Notes under the pieces: generated by a model
Told to the model about the DNA's origin: nothing
The model's database searches: none
The model's input: the letters and a program-made list of their open reading frames with translations, nothing else
Part shown: positions 49,528 through 60,100 of the stretch, in pieces
Layout of the letters: each line of letters begins with the position of its first letter
Position numbering within the stretch: position 1 is the stretch's first letter
DNA from: an uncultured Desulfospira sp.
Lineage (GTDB): Bacteria > Desulfobacterota > Desulfobacteria > Desulfobacterales > Desulfobacteraceae
Direction of reading: 5' to 3'
Length of the DNA: 64,000 nt
NCBI GenBank assembly: GCA_963663165.1
Contig: OY760175.1
Span: 1,728,001 to 1,792,000 of the forward strand
Position numbers and translations under genes: made by a program

Positions 49528-49920
49528 ATGCAATGGAAGATAGATGATAATGGAATAACTGGCCCTATTGATTTTGATATGCAGATCGAGAATGTAAAAT
49601 CTCTATTGGGAGAGCCAACCGACTCGTTTAAAAGGACAAAAGATTCGAATGATGTGGTTATTGCCTATGAGGATGAAGGAATTCATCTGAATGTAAATGA
49701 TGAGGGCATATTGACTCAATTAACCATCTTTCCTGATAACGAGGTATTTCTTGGCAATATTCAGCTAATCAACAAACCAATTGATTCTATTTATGCAGAA
49801 TTTCAAACTCTCGGTATTGCAGTTGTTCGTGAGGATTCAGGATTGTGGTGTGAGGAGCAGAAAGTGTTTCTTGTTGATGTGGAAGGGATAGTGGATGGTG
49901 TAGAAATATACCGTGATTAA
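49528..49920 (+). CDS. Putative immunity protein for Rhs1
   Basis: Small, acidic, AT-rich ORF 16 bp after the toxin CT, with GGAG RBS. Confidence 0.75.
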   Translation: MQWKIDDNGITGPIDFDMQIENVKSLLGEPTDSFKRTKDSNDVVIAYEDEGIHLNVNDEGILTQLTIFPDNEVFLGNIQLINKPIDSIYAEFQTLGIAVVREDSGLWCEEQKVFLVDVEGIVDGVEIYRD

Positions 49921-49987
49921 GCATGAATACCTCAAAGAACTTAGCAGACCCGTGGAGATCAGGAGGTCAGGTCAGATCAAAGATCAA

Positions 49988-50340
49988 GAGTCGGGCCGAG
50001 TTAACCATAAGGAATCAAACGACTAATTGTTTTAGACGGGGCTTAAAACCATCTTAAACAACCGTTTTTGGTCCCCAAATAACCATTTTAAGAAAATCGA
50101 TGCTATAAAAAGCCCATTCGGTTTCATTTCCTTTTGCCAAAAACGATTGGACGATTGGGCGATTGGGGATTGGGTGGGGATTGGGGGTCGGGCCAAGCCA
50201 ATCATCTAATATTAAAAGGGGAACGCCCCCAAAATGGGCTTAAAACAAGCTTAAATCAATGTTTTTGGCCCCCAAATGCCCACTTTAAGAAAACCGATGT
50301 TATAAAAGCCCATCCGGTTTCATTTCCTTTTGCAAAAAAA
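49988..50340 (+). repeat. Two tandem diverged copies of an intergenic repeat unit preceding Rhs2
   Basis: GTCGGGCC...GGGCTTAAAAC...TTTTTGGYCCCCAAAT..TTTAAGAAAA.CGATG.TATAAAA..CCCAT.CGGTTTCATTTCCTTTTGC occurs twice; homologous to 56765-57128. Confidence 0.8.
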
Positions 50341-50359
50341 GAGTGATAGGGAAAGATGT

Positions 50360-53300
50360 ATGAATTATATTGCCAGAAACGGATGGACTTTTCATATTGC
50401 CGCTATCATTATTATGATCTCGGCTTGTTTGTGTTTCCAGCCTTTCTCTTCTGTTCTTGGCAGCGCAGCATCTTTTTCAACTATTGCAGCCGCTGATTGT
50501 GTCGATACCGGCATCATCTCCTTTGATACTTGCAAGTTAAGCTCCACTACCCAGGCCGACTGGAAAGATAAATACACCACCCTGGTCAACGGTGTAGAAA
50601 CAACCGTTAAAAAAGCCTCAGAAACCATCAACGCGGCTAAAACCTACCTGGGCGACCCCGTAGACATGGTAACCGGGGAGTTCTACACGGAAGAAACCCC
50701 GGATTTTCAGATCAAAGGCCGAGGCCTTGATCTGTCCATTGCCCGAAAATACAAAAGCAAGACCATCTACAACGGCCCGTTCGGCTACGGCTGGACCTGG
50801 AACCACGGGGAACGCATTCTGCCCCTGACCGGGGGCGATGTCCTTTATTATGATAATGACGGGGATGCCCAGGAGATTAATTCCAATGGCGACGGGACTT
50901 ATACATATCCTAAGGGATCTCAGTTTGTTTTGACCATGGAATCCGGGGAATATGTGATTACCCGGAACCGGACCCGGCTAAGATCCTTTTTTTCCGGCCA
51001 GGGATATCTGATCAGGAAGGCGGACCGGTTCGGCAATACCCTGACATTTGAATACAACAATGCCGGCCACCCGGAGCAGCTTACCCACATCAAAGACAAC
51101 CTGCTGGTGAACGGACAACCCCGGTCCCTGGAGCTGACCTACAACTCAAGCGGCAAAGTTACCAGTGTGACGGATTTTGAAGGCCGGACCTGCTCCTATC
51201 ATTACCTTGGGGATGATCTGATCGAATTCAGGGGTCTTGATTACCAGGCCTCACCCGGCAATGCCACCCGGTACGAATACCTGTCCGGCCAGGCAAACGA
51301 GTTTCTGAACCACAACATGACAAAGTACACCCTGCCGGGCGGGGATTATCTTGAAATCGGGTATTATAAAAACGACCAGGCAGCTTTTCACCGCAACGCC
51401 AAGGGCGAGACCTTCAACTTCATGTACAGCCGGCTGAACCGGTACGCCGAGACCTGGAACGAAGAGGGGTATTACCGTAAACTATTTTTCAACGAAGCCA
51501 ATGACGTTATCCGGATCGCCAACGAGGACGGCACCATTGAACAGATGGCCTATGATGAATACGGCCATCACAACAAGATTTCCCATACAGACGGCAACGG
51601 GTACACAACCACGTTTCAATATTACCCCGAAGGCACTGCGGAACCAGCCCGGGAAGCCTTTGTCAAAAACCGTAACCTGTATCTTAAGACCGACGCCCTG
51701 GGCCGCACCTGGAAGTACCGGTACGATGATGCAAACAACCCTTATGCACCGTCACAGGCAACGGACCCTGCAGACCATATTACCCGGTTTGAGTATTATA
51801 CCAACGGCAGCCTGCATAAAAAAATCCAGGCCCCGGGTTACAAATTTGATGATGACGGGGGTCTGGTTGAAGATGCAACCGCGCAGGGTTTTGTAACCGC
51901 ATACGAATATGACGCTTACGGCCATACCATCAAAATCACGGACCCGCTGAACAAATTTGAGGAACGGATCTATGATACAGCCAACAACCTGTATCTGATG
52001 GTGCTCAAAGATAAGCGGGGCAATGAGACCCGATACCAGTATTATGAAGATTTTTCGGAAAACATGCCCATAGGGGCTCTGAAATCCAAAACCGTCATAT
52101 CCGGGACAAAGGAGTACACTACAACATACCAATATGATCCGCTGGGCCGAAAGACCAGGGAAACAGATCCCCTTTTACAGGAGACGGAATACCAGTACAC
52201 CCTTGACGGCAAGCTTAAAAAAATCATCAAACCCAACCAGGCTGTCACCGAACACATCTACGACACCGCCCGGGACATCGTATCCGGGGCACAGATAATA
52301 GAAACCATTGACCCCTTGGGCAACAGCGAGCATTTTTCTTACGACGCCACAGGCAAACTGATTAAAAAACAGGATAAAAACGGGAACACCTACACGTTTT
52401 CCTATGATGCCATGGGACGGCTTGCCAAAGAAGTTGACCCGTTCAGAACCATCAGGATGTACACCTATGACGGCAACGGCAATAAAACATCCGTCCGGCT
52501 TTATGACCAGGCAGGCGAACTGCTCAAGGAAACCCGGTTCACCTATGACGCGGCCAACCAGCTGGTGGAGAAAACCATACCCTGCCAGTTTGAGGAAGAT
52601 GCTTGTGAAAAGGTTATCCAGTATCAGTACTCCCTTGACGGCAAACCGGAAAAAGAGACCATCCTGTTCCCGGATGAAGAAGCGGACCTGGTCTCCTTTT
52701 ATGAATACAATGCCCTGGGCCACCTGAAACAGTCAACCACAGGATATGGCACCGATGACGCCCGGACAACCCAATACCGGCACGATGCCTTAGGCCGGCT
52801 GACCCGGACCATACTTCCCTTAGGCAATTCAAAACAGAACGAATACGATGCCAACGGCAATGTAACCGAAATACGATTTTTTGACCGGAACGGGAACCTG
52901 CTGGAAGAGACCTCCCATCTGTATGATGCCAGAAACCTTTTGGAAGGAACCGTCAATCCACTGGGGGACAGTATCTATTATTCCCATGACGCCCTGGGAA
53001 GAAAAGACAGTCAATCGCAGGTTCTTGCCTCCGGTGATGTAATCGAATATCAATGGCAGTATGACGAGGTTGGCAATGTAATCCAGGAGACAGATCCATT
53101 AGGCCGGCTGACCCGGCACGGGTACGACCTGAACGGCCGGAAAACCAGGACCGTGGATGCCCTTGGCCAGACAGTTGCCTTTGAATACGACCCCAACGGC
53201 AACCAGACCGCCGTTACCTGGCCGGACCAAAGCCGAACCACGACCTATTATGATGCCCTGAACCGGAAAATCGGCGTTGAAGACGAGCTGGGCCATGTCC

Positions 53301-56300
53301 AGGTCTTTGACTATGATGAAGCCTCCAACCTGGTAACCCTTCAGGATGCCCGGGGCAACATCACTAATTTTGAATATGACGCAGCCAACCGGCTGAGAAG
53401 AAAAACCAATGCATTGGGGAATACTGAGGAAACCGGATATGATCCGGCGGACCGGGTGAGAGAAAAAACAGATGCCCGGGGGATCACCACCCTGCTTGAT
53501 TATGATACAGCCGGCAACCTGACCTGCCGGACCCTGGCCGCAGACACGGAAGATGAGACCGTTATCCGGTTTGAATACGACCTGAACAATCAAAAAGAAC
53601 GGGAGATCCATGAAACAGATGGTACAGACCTGATAACGGCGTTCCAATATGACGACCGGGGCCTGTTAACCCACAGAAAAGAGGGGTTCCAGACCGGCGC
53701 CCCGGAAATATGGACCTACGGCTACGACGAGGCCAGGCAGCTTGTCTCCACCACAGACCCCAACGGCAACACCACCCGGGTCTTTTATGATACCGCCGGT
53801 CGCAAGAGCGCACAAACCCAGGCCCAGGGTATGATTGAATACTATTGGGAATATGACCTGGCCGGCAACGTTACCCTTGAAAGAAAACCCGAAGGCGAGG
53901 AGGTCTTAAGCGCCTATGACGCCCTGAACCGCCTGGTTCTGGAAACCAGGGGCGACGACCAGCGCCGATTTGAATATGACAGCCGGGGGCGTCTCACCCG
54001 GGAGGAGAATTTTAACGGGGATGCTACGGAGTACCTGTATGACCAGGCCGGCAGGATGATCCAGGAAACCAAAGCCACAGGCTCTGTGGATGAAGCCGTA
54101 AGCATCTATGATTATGATCAGAACGGCAACCTGATTGCCATCACCAATCCCCTGTCTAAAATAGTGGCATTTGAATATGACGAGCTGAACCAGCGGATCA
54201 AGGAGGCTGACAGCGATACTTCCAGGTTCAAAACCATCACCTATGATGAAAACGGTAATATAAAAACCGTTAAGAAAAGGGACGGCACAGACATCGAGTT
54301 TGTATGGGATAACCTGAACCGGAAGGAAGCAACAAAGGTTGATACGGTAATCCGGCAGACCTTTGATTATGATGTGCTTTCCAGGCTGGTATCTGCCACG
54401 GACACCAACCAGGGCACCGTAACCCACACCGCCACCTTTGATTACAACGACTACGGCCGCCTGGAAACCGAGGCCCAGGACTCGTATACAATCGGAAAAC
54501 TCTATGACAACAACGGCAATAAAATCCAAATCACCTATCCTTCTGGCCGGGTGGTGGATAAGACCTACAATGAAAACAATGCCCTGACCCAAATTCTTTA
54601 CCAGGGAACCACCATTGCCAACCTCACCCGTGACCGGAACAGCCGGCTGACAGCCGCATCCTTCGGAAACGGCACAGGCCTTGCCCTGGACTATGACACC
54701 CGGGAACGGGAAACTTTAAGAACATACACGGATACTTTATTCTCCCAGGAAACAGGATATGATGCCCAAAGCAACATCCTTGAAGAGACGTTAGCCCTGA
54801 ACGGCACCACCCGGGAAAAAGAGTACACCTACGACCACCAGGACAGGCTGGTCACAGCCACACCATCAACGACCTGGGACTATGACAGCGTGGGCAACTG
54901 GCTTTCTACCAACCAGAACGGCACAGCCGAATCAAGAACCGCCAACGATGACAATGAATACACCCTTGTTGACGGCACCGCCTTCATCCATGACCCCAAC
55001 GGCAACCTGACCTCAGACGGTGAAAAAGACTATGTCTACGACTGGGCAAACCGGCTTATCCAGGTGGAGGAAAGCGGTCAGGTCCTGGCCGAGTACACCT
55101 ATGACGCGGTGAACCGCAGGGTTACCAAAACGGTGGGAACGACAGTGACCACCTATGTCTATGACGAAACAGAGGTCATTGAAGAATACACCGGCGGCAC
55201 ATTAAGCCGGTCATATGTTTACTCAAGCAGCATTGATAAACCAATCCTCCTGGAAACCGGCAGCCAATTTTACTACTACATTGCCGACCGCCAGGGAAGC
55301 GTATGGGGCCTCACGGATAACACCGGAAGCCTGGTGGAGTCCTATGAATACACTCCCTTTGGCCTGATGACCATCTACGACAGTCAGGGTCTGGACATCA
55401 CTGCCACCGGCTCCGCCATCGGCAATCCGTTTGGCTTTACCGGCAGAAGATGGGATAGTGAATCAGGACTCTGGTACTACCGCAACCGGATGTACTCCGC
55501 CGAGCTGGGCCGGTTCCTCCAGCGCGACCCGGCTGGTTATGTGGATGGGCTTAACCTGTATCAATATTGTCTAAATAACCCTCTGCGTTATACCGACCCG
55601 GATGGGTTAATGGCAAAGGCTGCTTATGATTGGACTTCAGAAAATGTTCTTGATCCCTCATCTGCGTATGTGTCTGAAGCGGTAACGTATTATGATAACA
55701 AGTGGAATAACGATTATATTGACACGAGTTCTATAATTTATACTAGTGAAAATATAACGAAAAATTCTATTATAGCAAGCAGCCGTAGTTTACTTGAACT
55801 TACTCGGACTATTACCGGGACAATAGCTGTTACTGGCGAACGCTTAGGCTCTGGTTTGAAAGCAAGTTTTCAAAGGAATGAATTATATGAAAATCCAACA
55901 TCTTTTAAAGAATTTTTGTCTGTAGGAAAAGATAGTGGAATAAATCTTGTTTCATATAGTGCCACAGGAAGTTTAGAATCAATTGAGACTGGGCTATTTT
56001 TGGGTGAGATAACTGCTGAAATAGGAACTAATATCATTAATGCAGAAACCGGAGAAAATTATGAAGGTATTGCTACAGACCTACGACAATGTAGAATTAT
56101 AACGAACGCTATCTCAACAGAAGTTTTGGACCAAACAAACAATCTGATTATGGGTAAAGGGCAAGACGTTCCATTCTTCACTTCTGCAAGAAAAGATATT
56201 AGCTCAAGAAGCACCTTGAATCGAACAGAAATATCTACGTTATTTGGTGATATTGCTTATGATTCAATAATATTCATGAAACAATGGCATAATCTGAATA

Positions 56301-56308
56301 AGAAATAG
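50360..56308 (+). CDS. Rhs/YD-repeat polymorphic toxin 2 (short hydrophobic leader, Rhs core, unknown CT)
   Basis: MNYIARNGWTFHIAAIIIMISACL leader; GDPVDMVTGE; NNPLRYTDPDG; about 1982 aa. Confidence 0.92.
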   Translation: MNYIARNGWTFHIAAIIIMISACLCFQPFSSVLGSAASFSTIAAADCVDTGIISFDTCKLSSTTQADWKDKYTTLVNGVETTVKKASETINAAKTYLGDPVDMVTGEFYTEETPDFQIKGRGLDLSIARKYKSKTIYNGPFGYGWTWNHGERILPLTGGDVLYYDNDGDAQEINSNGDGTYTYPKGSQFVLTMESGEYVITRNRTRLRSFFSGQGYLIRKADRFGNTLTFEYNNAGHPEQLTHIKDNLLVNGQPRSLELTYNSSGKVTSVTDFEGRTCSYHYLGDDLIEFRGLDYQASPGNATRYEYLSGQANEFLNHNMTKYTLPGGDYLEIGYYKNDQAAFHRNAKGETFNFMYSRLNRYAETWNEEGYYRKLFFNEANDVIRIANEDGTIEQMAYDEYGHHNKISHTDGNGYTTTFQYYPEGTAEPAREAFVKNRNLYLKTDALGRTWKYRYDDANNPYAPSQATDPADHITRFEYYTNGSLHKKIQAPGYKFDDDGGLVEDATAQGFVTAYEYDAYGHTIKITDPLNKFEERIYDTANNLYLMVLKDKRGNETRYQYYEDFSENMPIGALKSKTVISGTKEYTTTYQYDPLGRKTRETDPLLQETEYQYTLDGKLKKIIKPNQAVTEHIYDTARDIVSGAQIIETIDPLGNSEHFSYDATGKLIKKQDKNGNTYTFSYDAMGRLAKEVDPFRTIRMYTYDGNGNKTSVRLYDQAGELLKETRFTYDAANQLVEKTIPCQFEEDACEKVIQYQYSLDGKPEKETILFPDEEADLVSFYEYNALGHLKQSTTGYGTDDARTTQYRHDALGRLTRTILPLGNSKQNEYDANGNVTEIRFFDRNGNLLEETSHLYDARNLLEGTVNPLGDSIYYSHDALGRKDSQSQVLASGDVIEYQWQYDEVGNVIQETDPLGRLTRHGYDLNGRKTRTVDALGQTVAFEYDPNGNQTAVTWPDQSRTTTYYDALNRKIGVEDELGHVQVFDYDEASNLVTLQDARGNITNFEYDAANRLRRKTNALGNTEETGYDPADRVREKTDARGITTLLDYDTAGNLTCRTLAADTEDETVIRFEYDLNNQKEREIHETDGTDLITAFQYDDRGLLTHRKEGFQTGAPEIWTYGYDEARQLVSTTDPNGNTTRVFYDTAGRKSAQTQAQGMIEYYWEYDLAGNVTLERKPEGEEVLSAYDALNRLVLETRGDDQRRFEYDSRGRLTREENFNGDATEYLYDQAGRMIQETKATGSVDEAVSIYDYDQNGNLIAITNPLSKIVAFEYDELNQRIKEADSDTSRFKTITYDENGNIKTVKKRDGTDIEFVWDNLNRKEATKVDTVIRQTFDYDVLSRLVSATDTNQGTVTHTATFDYNDYGRLETEAQDSYTIGKLYDNNGNKIQITYPSGRVVDKTYNENNALTQILYQGTTIANLTRDRNSRLTAASFGNGTGLALDYDTRERETLRTYTDTLFSQETGYDAQSNILEETLALNGTTREKEYTYDHQDRLVTATPSTTWDYDSVGNWLSTNQNGTAESRTANDDNEYTLVDGTAFIHDPNGNLTSDGEKDYVYDWANRLIQVEESGQVLAEYTYDAVNRRVTKTVGTTVTTYVYDETEVIEEYTGGTLSRSYVYSSSIDKPILLETGSQFYYYIADRQGSVWGLTDNTGSLVESYEYTPFGLMTIYDSQGLDITATGSAIGNPFGFTGRRWDSESGLWYYRNRMYSAELGRFLQRDPAGYVDGLNLYQYCLNNPLRYTDPDGLMAKAAYDWTSENVLDPSSAYVSEAVTYYDNKWNNDYIDTSSIIYTSENITKNSIIASSRSLLELTRTITGTIAVTGERLGSGLKASFQRNELYENPTSFKEFLSVGKDSGINLVSYSATGSLESIETGLFLGEITAEIGTNIINAETGENYEGIATDLRQCRIITNAISTEVLDQTNNLIMGKGQDVPFFTSARKDISSRSTLNRTEISTLFGDIAYDSIIFMKQWHNLNKK

Positions 56309-56321
56309 AGGTAAAACCATT

Positions 56322-56711
56322 TTGGAAAAAATAGATTATTTATTCATATATGTCATTGGACCGGTGATACTTTTATGTTTGATTGGCCTAAAAATATATT
56401 ACCGATTTTATAAAAACAAAAAGCTGCGTAGAGGGCTGTTTTTCAAAAAAAAATGTCCTTACTGTCATAACGAAGTAAAAAAGAATGATAAATTTTGTAT
56501 GAGCTGCGATAAACAAATAGCAGCTATTAACAAAAACGAACTCTTTTGTGATTATTGTGGGGAAATTAATGATATTTATTACTATATAACTTATTGGGAA
56601 TTTTGGATAACGTTCTCCTTGCTGGGTTTAATTGGTATCTTTCCAGGTATAGTCTACATTTTTTTACATTATGACAAAAAAATATGTAAAAAATGTAATC
56701 AGTTCTTATGA
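56322..56711 (+). CDS. Putative membrane immunity protein with Zn-ribbon CxxC pairs
   Basis: N-terminal TM segment, CPYC..CMSC, CDYC, second hydrophobic segment, CKKC; 13 bp after Rhs2. Confidence 0.7.
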   Translation: MEKIDYLFIYVIGPVILLCLIGLKIYYRFYKNKKLRRGLFFKKKCPYCHNEVKKNDKFCMSCDKQIAAINKNELFCDYCGEINDIYYYITYWEFWITFSLLGLIGIFPGIVYIFLHYDKKICKKCNQFL

Positions 56712-56764
56712 ATGGGGGGCGTATAGAATTCGGGGGACATACTTAATTATTGTTAATCTCAATT

Positions 56765-57128
56765 GAGCTGGGGTCGGACCAAGCTAATAGGCTGATATCA
56801 TAACAAAAACCATCGAAAACCACCCCCAAAACAGGGCTATATTGCACTTTTGGGGGCCAAAAAGAGCAATATAGAAAAATAACATGAAAGAATGCGGGGT
56901 CAGGTGTTACTGGCCAAAATCCTGTCAAGTCCGGCAAGTCCGGGGTCGGACCAGGAATAATAAAATGGAGCTGGGGTCGGACCAGGAATAATACAATAAA
57001 TTAAGTCGATTAAGACCCAAAAACACCCTTAAAATGGGGCTATATTGTGTTTTTTGGCCCCAAAATGTCCATTTTAAGAAAAACGATGTTATAAAAGCCC
57101 ATCCGGTTTCATTTCCTTTTGCAAAAAA
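56765..57128 (+). repeat. Repeat units preceding Rhs3 (GGGGTCGGACCA motif x3 plus copy of the Rhs2 upstream region)
   Basis: GGGGTCGGACCA at about 56770, 56942 and 56973; about 57050-57128 is closely similar to about 50262-50340. Confidence 0.8.
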
Positions 57129-57147
57129 GAGTGATAGGGAAAGATGT

Positions 57148-60100
57148 ATGAATTATATTGCCAGAAACGGATGGGCTTTACATATTGCCGCTATCATTAT
57201 TATGATCTCGGCTTGTTTGTCTTTCTATCCTTACTTTCCTGCTCTTGGCAACACAGCATTTTTTTCAACTATTGCCGTCGCTGATTGTGTCGATACCGAC
57301 ACCACCTCCTTTGATGCAGTCAACTTAAACACTTCAATCCAAGACGCCTGGAAAGATAAATACACCACCGTAGTCAAAGGTGTTGAAATAACCGTTAAAA
57401 AGACGTCCGAAACAGTCAATGCCGCCACAATTTCCCTTGGCGACCCCGTAGACATGGTAACCGGAGAATTCTACACGGAAGCCCCACCTGATTTCAAGGT
57501 CAAAGGCCGTGGCGTTGACCTGTCCATTGTCCGCAAATATAAAAGCAAAACTATATACAACGGCCCTTTTGGTTACGGCTGGACCTGGAACCACGGGGAA
57601 CGCATTCTGCCTTTGACCGGAAACGATCTTAAATACTATAACAACGACGGGGACGCTCTGGAGATTACGTCCAACGGCGACGGGACATATACCTATCCCC
57701 GGGGGGCGCAGTTTGTTTTGACCATAGAATCCGGGGAATACGTCATCACCCAAAACCGGACCGGCTTAAAATCCTATTTTTCCGACCAGGGGGATCTGGT
57801 CAGAAAAGAGGACAGGTTCGGCAATACCCTGACATTTGAACACAGTGACACCAGTTATCCGGGCCGGATTACCGCCATAACGGACGGCTTAGGCCGGTCC
57901 CTGACCCTGGACTACAACTCAAGCGGCAAGGTCACCAGCGTAACGGACTTTGAAGGCCGGTCCTGTTCCTACCATTACAATGATATCACTTCCGGAGACG
58001 GACTCGGGGACGACCTGATTGAATTCAGGGGGCTGGATTACCAGGCAGCCCTTGATAACGCCACCCGGTACGAATATTTGTCCAATCAGGAAAACGTATA
58101 CCTGAACCATAACATGACCAAGTACACCCTGCCGGGCGGGGATTATCTTGAGATCGGGTATTATAAAAACGACCAGGCGGCCTATCATACCAACACCAAG
58201 GGCGAGACCTTCAACTTCATGTACAGCCGGTTGAACCGGTATGCAGAAACCTGGAACGAAGAGGGGTATTACCGGAAGGTCTTTTTCAACGAAGCCAATG
58301 ACGTTATCCGGGTCGCCAATGAGGACGGCACCATTGAACAGATGGAGTATGATGAATACGGCCATCATAATAAGATTTCCCATACGGACGGCAATGGCTA
58401 CACAACCACATTTGATTATTACCCGGACGGCGCAACTGATCCTGAAGCTTATGTCAAAAAACGGAATTTGTATCTCAAAACCGATGCTCTGAATCGCACC
58501 TGGGCTTACCAGTATAATGATACAAATAACGCCTATGCGCCGTCCCAGGTAACAGACCCTGCCGGAAATATCACAAAGTTCGAATATAGTTCCAACGGCA
58601 GCCTGTCTAAGAAAATCCAGGCACCGGGGTACACTTATGATGCCGGCGGTGATCTGGTCGCGGACTCAAATGCTACCGGATTCGAAACCGTATACGACTA
58701 TGACGATTACGGAAATATCACCAAAATCACAGACTCTTTAGGCCAGTATGAAGAACGGACCTATGATGCAAACAGCCTCTATCTTGTGGCCCAAAAAGAT
58801 AAGCTGGGCAACGAAACCCAATACCTGTATTACGAAGACATTACGGAAAATATGCCAATAGGGGCGGTAAAATCCGTAACAGTTGTATCCGGAACCAATG
58901 AATACACCACGACCTATGAGTATGACCAACTGGGCCGGAAAACCAAGGAAACAAACGCCCTTAATCAGGAGACCGAATATCAATACACCCTTGACGGCAA
59001 GCTTGAAAAAACAATTAAACCCAATGGTGCCGTAACCCGGCATGTCTATGATGTGGCCCGGGACATCGTGTCCGGAGCCCAGATCATAGAAACCATAGAT
59101 CCGTTGGGGAATTCGGTTCATTTTTCCTATGACGCCACAGGCAAGCTGGTTAAAAAGCAGGATAAGAACGGGAATATCTTCACGTTTAGCTACGACAAAA
59201 TGGGCCGCCTTGCCAAGGAGGTTGACCCGTTCAGAACCGTCAAGAATTCTGTTTATGACGGCAACGGCAACAAAACCGCTATTAAGCTTTATAACCAGGC
59301 AGGCGAACTGCTCAAGGAAACTCTATTTACCTATAACGCCGCCAACCAACTGGTGAGAACAACCATCCCCTGCGATTTTGAAGAAGATGGTTGTGAAAAA
59401 ACAATTCAGTATCAGTACACCCTTGACGGCAAACCACAGAGCCAGACCATTGTTTTTCCGGAAGGAGACGATTTAGTCACCTATTATCAATACAATGCCC
59501 TGGGCCTATTAATACAGGAAACCAAAGGATACGGAACCGCTGACGCCCGGGCAACCCAATACAGATATGATGCCATGGGCCGGTTAACCCAGACCATATT
59601 TGCGCTGGGCAATTCTGAAATCCGTGAATACGATGCCAACGGCAATGTAATCGCCGTAAAGCTCTATGACCAGTCCGGCACCCTGCTGGAAGAGACTGAA
59701 AACATTTATGATGCCCGTAATCTTTTAGTTGAAACCGTTAATCCTCTGGGAAACAGCACATACTACACCTATGACGCCCTGGGAAGAAAGACGGAACAAT
59801 CACAGTTCCTGACCGAATCCGGGGATATTATTCAATACCAGTGGACGTATGACAGCGTGGGTAACGTAATCCAGTTGACTGACCCTTTGAATCGGTTGAC
59901 CCGGCACGGATATGACCTGAACAACCGGAAAACCAAAACCGTTGACGCCCTGGGCCAAACCACAGCCTTTGAATACGACCCCAATGGCAATCTGGTGGCC
60001 GTCACCTATCCGGACTTGAGTCGGACTGTTACCTATTATGACGCCCTGAACCGAAAAATCGGTGTTGAAGATGAACTGGGCTATATTCAGACCTTTGACT

